Below are positions 26,000 to 27,648 of a stretch of 27,648 bases of DNA, in pieces. The notes beneath the pieces are model-generated. The model searched no databases and was not told where the DNA came from. It saw nothing but the letters and a program-made list of their open reading frames with translations. The translations under genes were made by a program, and so were the position numbers. The stretch is from a virus (lineage: Duplodnaviria; Caudoviricetes): the IMG/VR virus record IMGVR_UViG_3300020349_000025, positions 1-27,648 of that record, one strand, 5' to 3'. Position 1 is the stretch's first letter. Each line of letters begins with the position of its first letter.

Positions 26000-26684
26000 T
26001 ATCAGAATCCACATCCAAAGTGATGATACCATTACAAGTAGTTACGCCTGTTGGGCATGTTCCACTTAGCTGATTGATATCTATGTCAGCAGAGTCACCA
26101 ACCAATGTTAAATTGATTTCTTGTTCTCCACCGTCTTTCTGCATTGTGTTGATGTCGTTTGAACCACCTGTGATATCCATGTTCCAAACCGCATCGTCCA
26201 CATCTATGTCAACATCAAAGATATTGCTAGATCCGATTAATGTTAAATCCAAATCCAATCTTTCTGCGCTTGCGTTATAACCTTGGTCAAAGTCCATAGT
26301 GTTTGAATCTCCAGTAATATCTACATCCATTGTTGTAGTATCTGAAGAACCAACGTATCCTATGTTCCAATCCCAAACATTACTATCTCCTGTGAAAAGA
26401 AGATTGTATGTTGAGCTATCTGCGTCAAGAGGTCCGTATAATAAATTCTCGTTACCAATTTGGTCAACATTAATAGTTAACGAAGAACCGACAATAGTCA
26501 TTGGTGAAGAACTAGAACTAAAGTCATTTAGTCCAATCTTATTACCATAACCGTATTGGTCAACGTATAATGTTAATGTATCACCAGTTTGGTCGATATT
26601 AATTTCATTATCGTCCGTTGCTGCTGCAAATGCATTGAAAGAAAATAAACATAACAAAGATAGGCCTATTATTTTATGTTTCAT
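25953..26684 (-). CDS. Secreted curlin-like repeat protein
   Basis: Signal peptide MKHK...NAFA; repeats DQYGYGN, DQIGNEN, ITGDSNTMDFDQ, LIGSSN, ITGGSNDINTMQ, LVGDSADIDINQ; directly downstream of csgG. Confidence 0.75.
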   Translation of the reverse strand: MKHKIIGLSLLCLFSFNAFAAATDDNEINIDQTGDTLTLYVDQYGYGNKIGLNDFSSSSSPMTIVGSSLTINVDQIGNENLLYGPLDADSSTYNLLFTGDSNVWDWNIGYVGSSDTTTMDVDITGDSNTMDFDQGYNASAERLDLDLTLIGSSNIFDVDIDVDDAVWNMDITGGSNDINTMQKDGGEQEINLTLVGDSADIDINQLSGTCPTGVTTCNGIITLDVDSDNATIQINQKDNANDS

Positions 26685-26694
26685 ATTTTTCCCT

Positions 26695-27648
26695 TTATTG
26701 TTTAATCGTATGTTTATCGTTTGTCCCATAATGATCTTTCTGATGGGGGTGACGATGATTTTCTACGATTGTCCAAAACCCTCTATCGTGGCCTTGGTAT
26801 ACCATTTCTAGCACGGCAGCCTCAATAGCTGTTCGTACTGCGTATGTCACTGACTCATTGTTACCAACTCCGTCCTCATATTCAACCAATTGTGTTCCTT
26901 GTTCTACAAAGCGGAAGACGTCTCCACCAGCTCCGTAACTCAGAATTGACTTCTTAGTCTGGACATTCAATAATATTTCACCTGTCAATACGCTAACTGC
27001 ACGGACAGACACAGTGACTTGATCCTGTCGGTATTGATTACTAAAACCTATACCCAGTGTCCTTGCTCCCCTGCCCCCAGTTTTTATATTACTATCATAA
27101 CCAACTATTCCGCCTTCTATTATCATTCCTGCGAATAGAAGGGGTCCAACACCTGGAGATTTTTCGTTCAGCTTCTTAGCTGCTTCGTCTCTCGCAGATC
27201 TTATAATTTGTCTTTCTCTAACAAGAGCATCAATCCCTTGTCTTTCTACTACTCTAAACCATTTACCATTACCTGCTGTTTTTAGAGCATCTATTAATAA
27301 TTCTGTTCCGCCTTGTGTAACTGCTGTACTAAAACTTTGACCTGTGACAGAATCTTTTCTTTGGCCTGTTTTATCATCGAATCTATATACTGCGACTACA
27401 GGCATATTTGTCGCAGGTGGTAGATTCAATAATTCTATAAAGGATGGTAACTTAATCACCTCTGGCTTTTCAGCACAAATTAATCCTTTACCAAAAAACT
27501 TTCTTGTTCCCTGATATGCTTTATCACCAATATACTTTTCATCTTTCCAATCGTCCCACTTACCGTTCTCATAAGAACACTCGCCTGGATCTTCACTCCA
27601 AACTGGAATTTGCGAAAAAGAAGCGCAACCTGATAAAAACAGTAATAA
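26695..27648 (-). CDS. csgG: CsgG/HfaB-family curli secretion lipoprotein (5' end beyond window)
   Basis: Frame open to the window end with lipobox LLLFLSGC; VAVYRFDDKTGQRK, FSTAVTQG, WFRVVERQG, ERQIIR, EGGIVGYDSNIKTGGRGA, YRQDQVTV, NESV, AIEAAV. Confidence 0.93.
   Translation of the reverse strand, partial: LLLFLSGCASFSQIPVWSEDPGECSYENGKWDDWKDEKYIGDKAYQGTRKFFGKGLICAEKPEVIKLPSFIELLNLPPATNMPVVAVYRFDDKTGQRKDSVTGQSFSTAVTQGGTELLIDALKTAGNGKWFRVVERQGIDALVRERQIIRSARDEAAKKLNEKSPGVGPLLFAGMIIEGGIVGYDSNIKTGGRGARTLGIGFSNQYRQDQVTVSVRAVSVLTGEILLNVQTKKSILSYGAGGDVFRFVEQGTQLVEYEDGVGNNESVTYAVRTAIEAAVLEMVYQGHDRGFWTIVENHRHPHQKDHYGTNDKHTIKQ

Noticed and set aside
2021-26550. Antisense and alternate-frame ORFs in the track (e.g. 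2021-2332, 7174-7470, 16390-16701, 20216-20530, 23491-23814, 25713-26069)
   Set aside because: All lie largely within well-supported genes and show no recognisable motifs; treated as shadow ORFs
18671-27648. Minus-strand block as host chromosomal DNA or a prophage boundary
   Set aside because: No integrase or att site; gene packing resembles the phage part and csgG modules are known in marine T4-like phages. Read-level confirmation is still advisable

Overview
This window is a segment of a large, AT-rich T4-like (myovirus-type) phage genome. It is probably marine, and the bS21 sequence hints at a gammaproteobacterial host. The + strand (1-18668) carries bS21, a candidate ~185-nt structured ncRNA, ATP-dependent DNA ligase, a SleB-like hydrolase, a RuvC-like nuclease, a dNMP kinase, a glycosyltransferase, T4-type RNase H, a HAD phosphatase, PhoH, a PD-(D/E)XK exonuclease, an FkbM methyltransferase, a Mesh1/SpoT-like HD protein, DUF932, an NDP-sugar epimerase and many small ORFs. 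These are served by ten perfect TTGACA-N17-TATAAT promoters, several inside a repeated cassette. The - strand (18671-27648) is one convergent, tightly packed unit: CsgG lipoprotein, curlin-like protein, FecR-domain protein, second curlin-like protein, small membrane protein, HemE, GT2 glycosyltransferase, PlcP-like metallophosphoesterase, CHASE2 class III cyclase and an exported protein. The most notable items are a putative phage-borne phospholipid-to-glycolipid remodelling pair (PlcP-like + GT2), a curli/FecR/cyclase surface-signalling module, an intact-looking phage hemE and the orphan ncRNA. All calls come from motif recognition by eye; no database searches were run.
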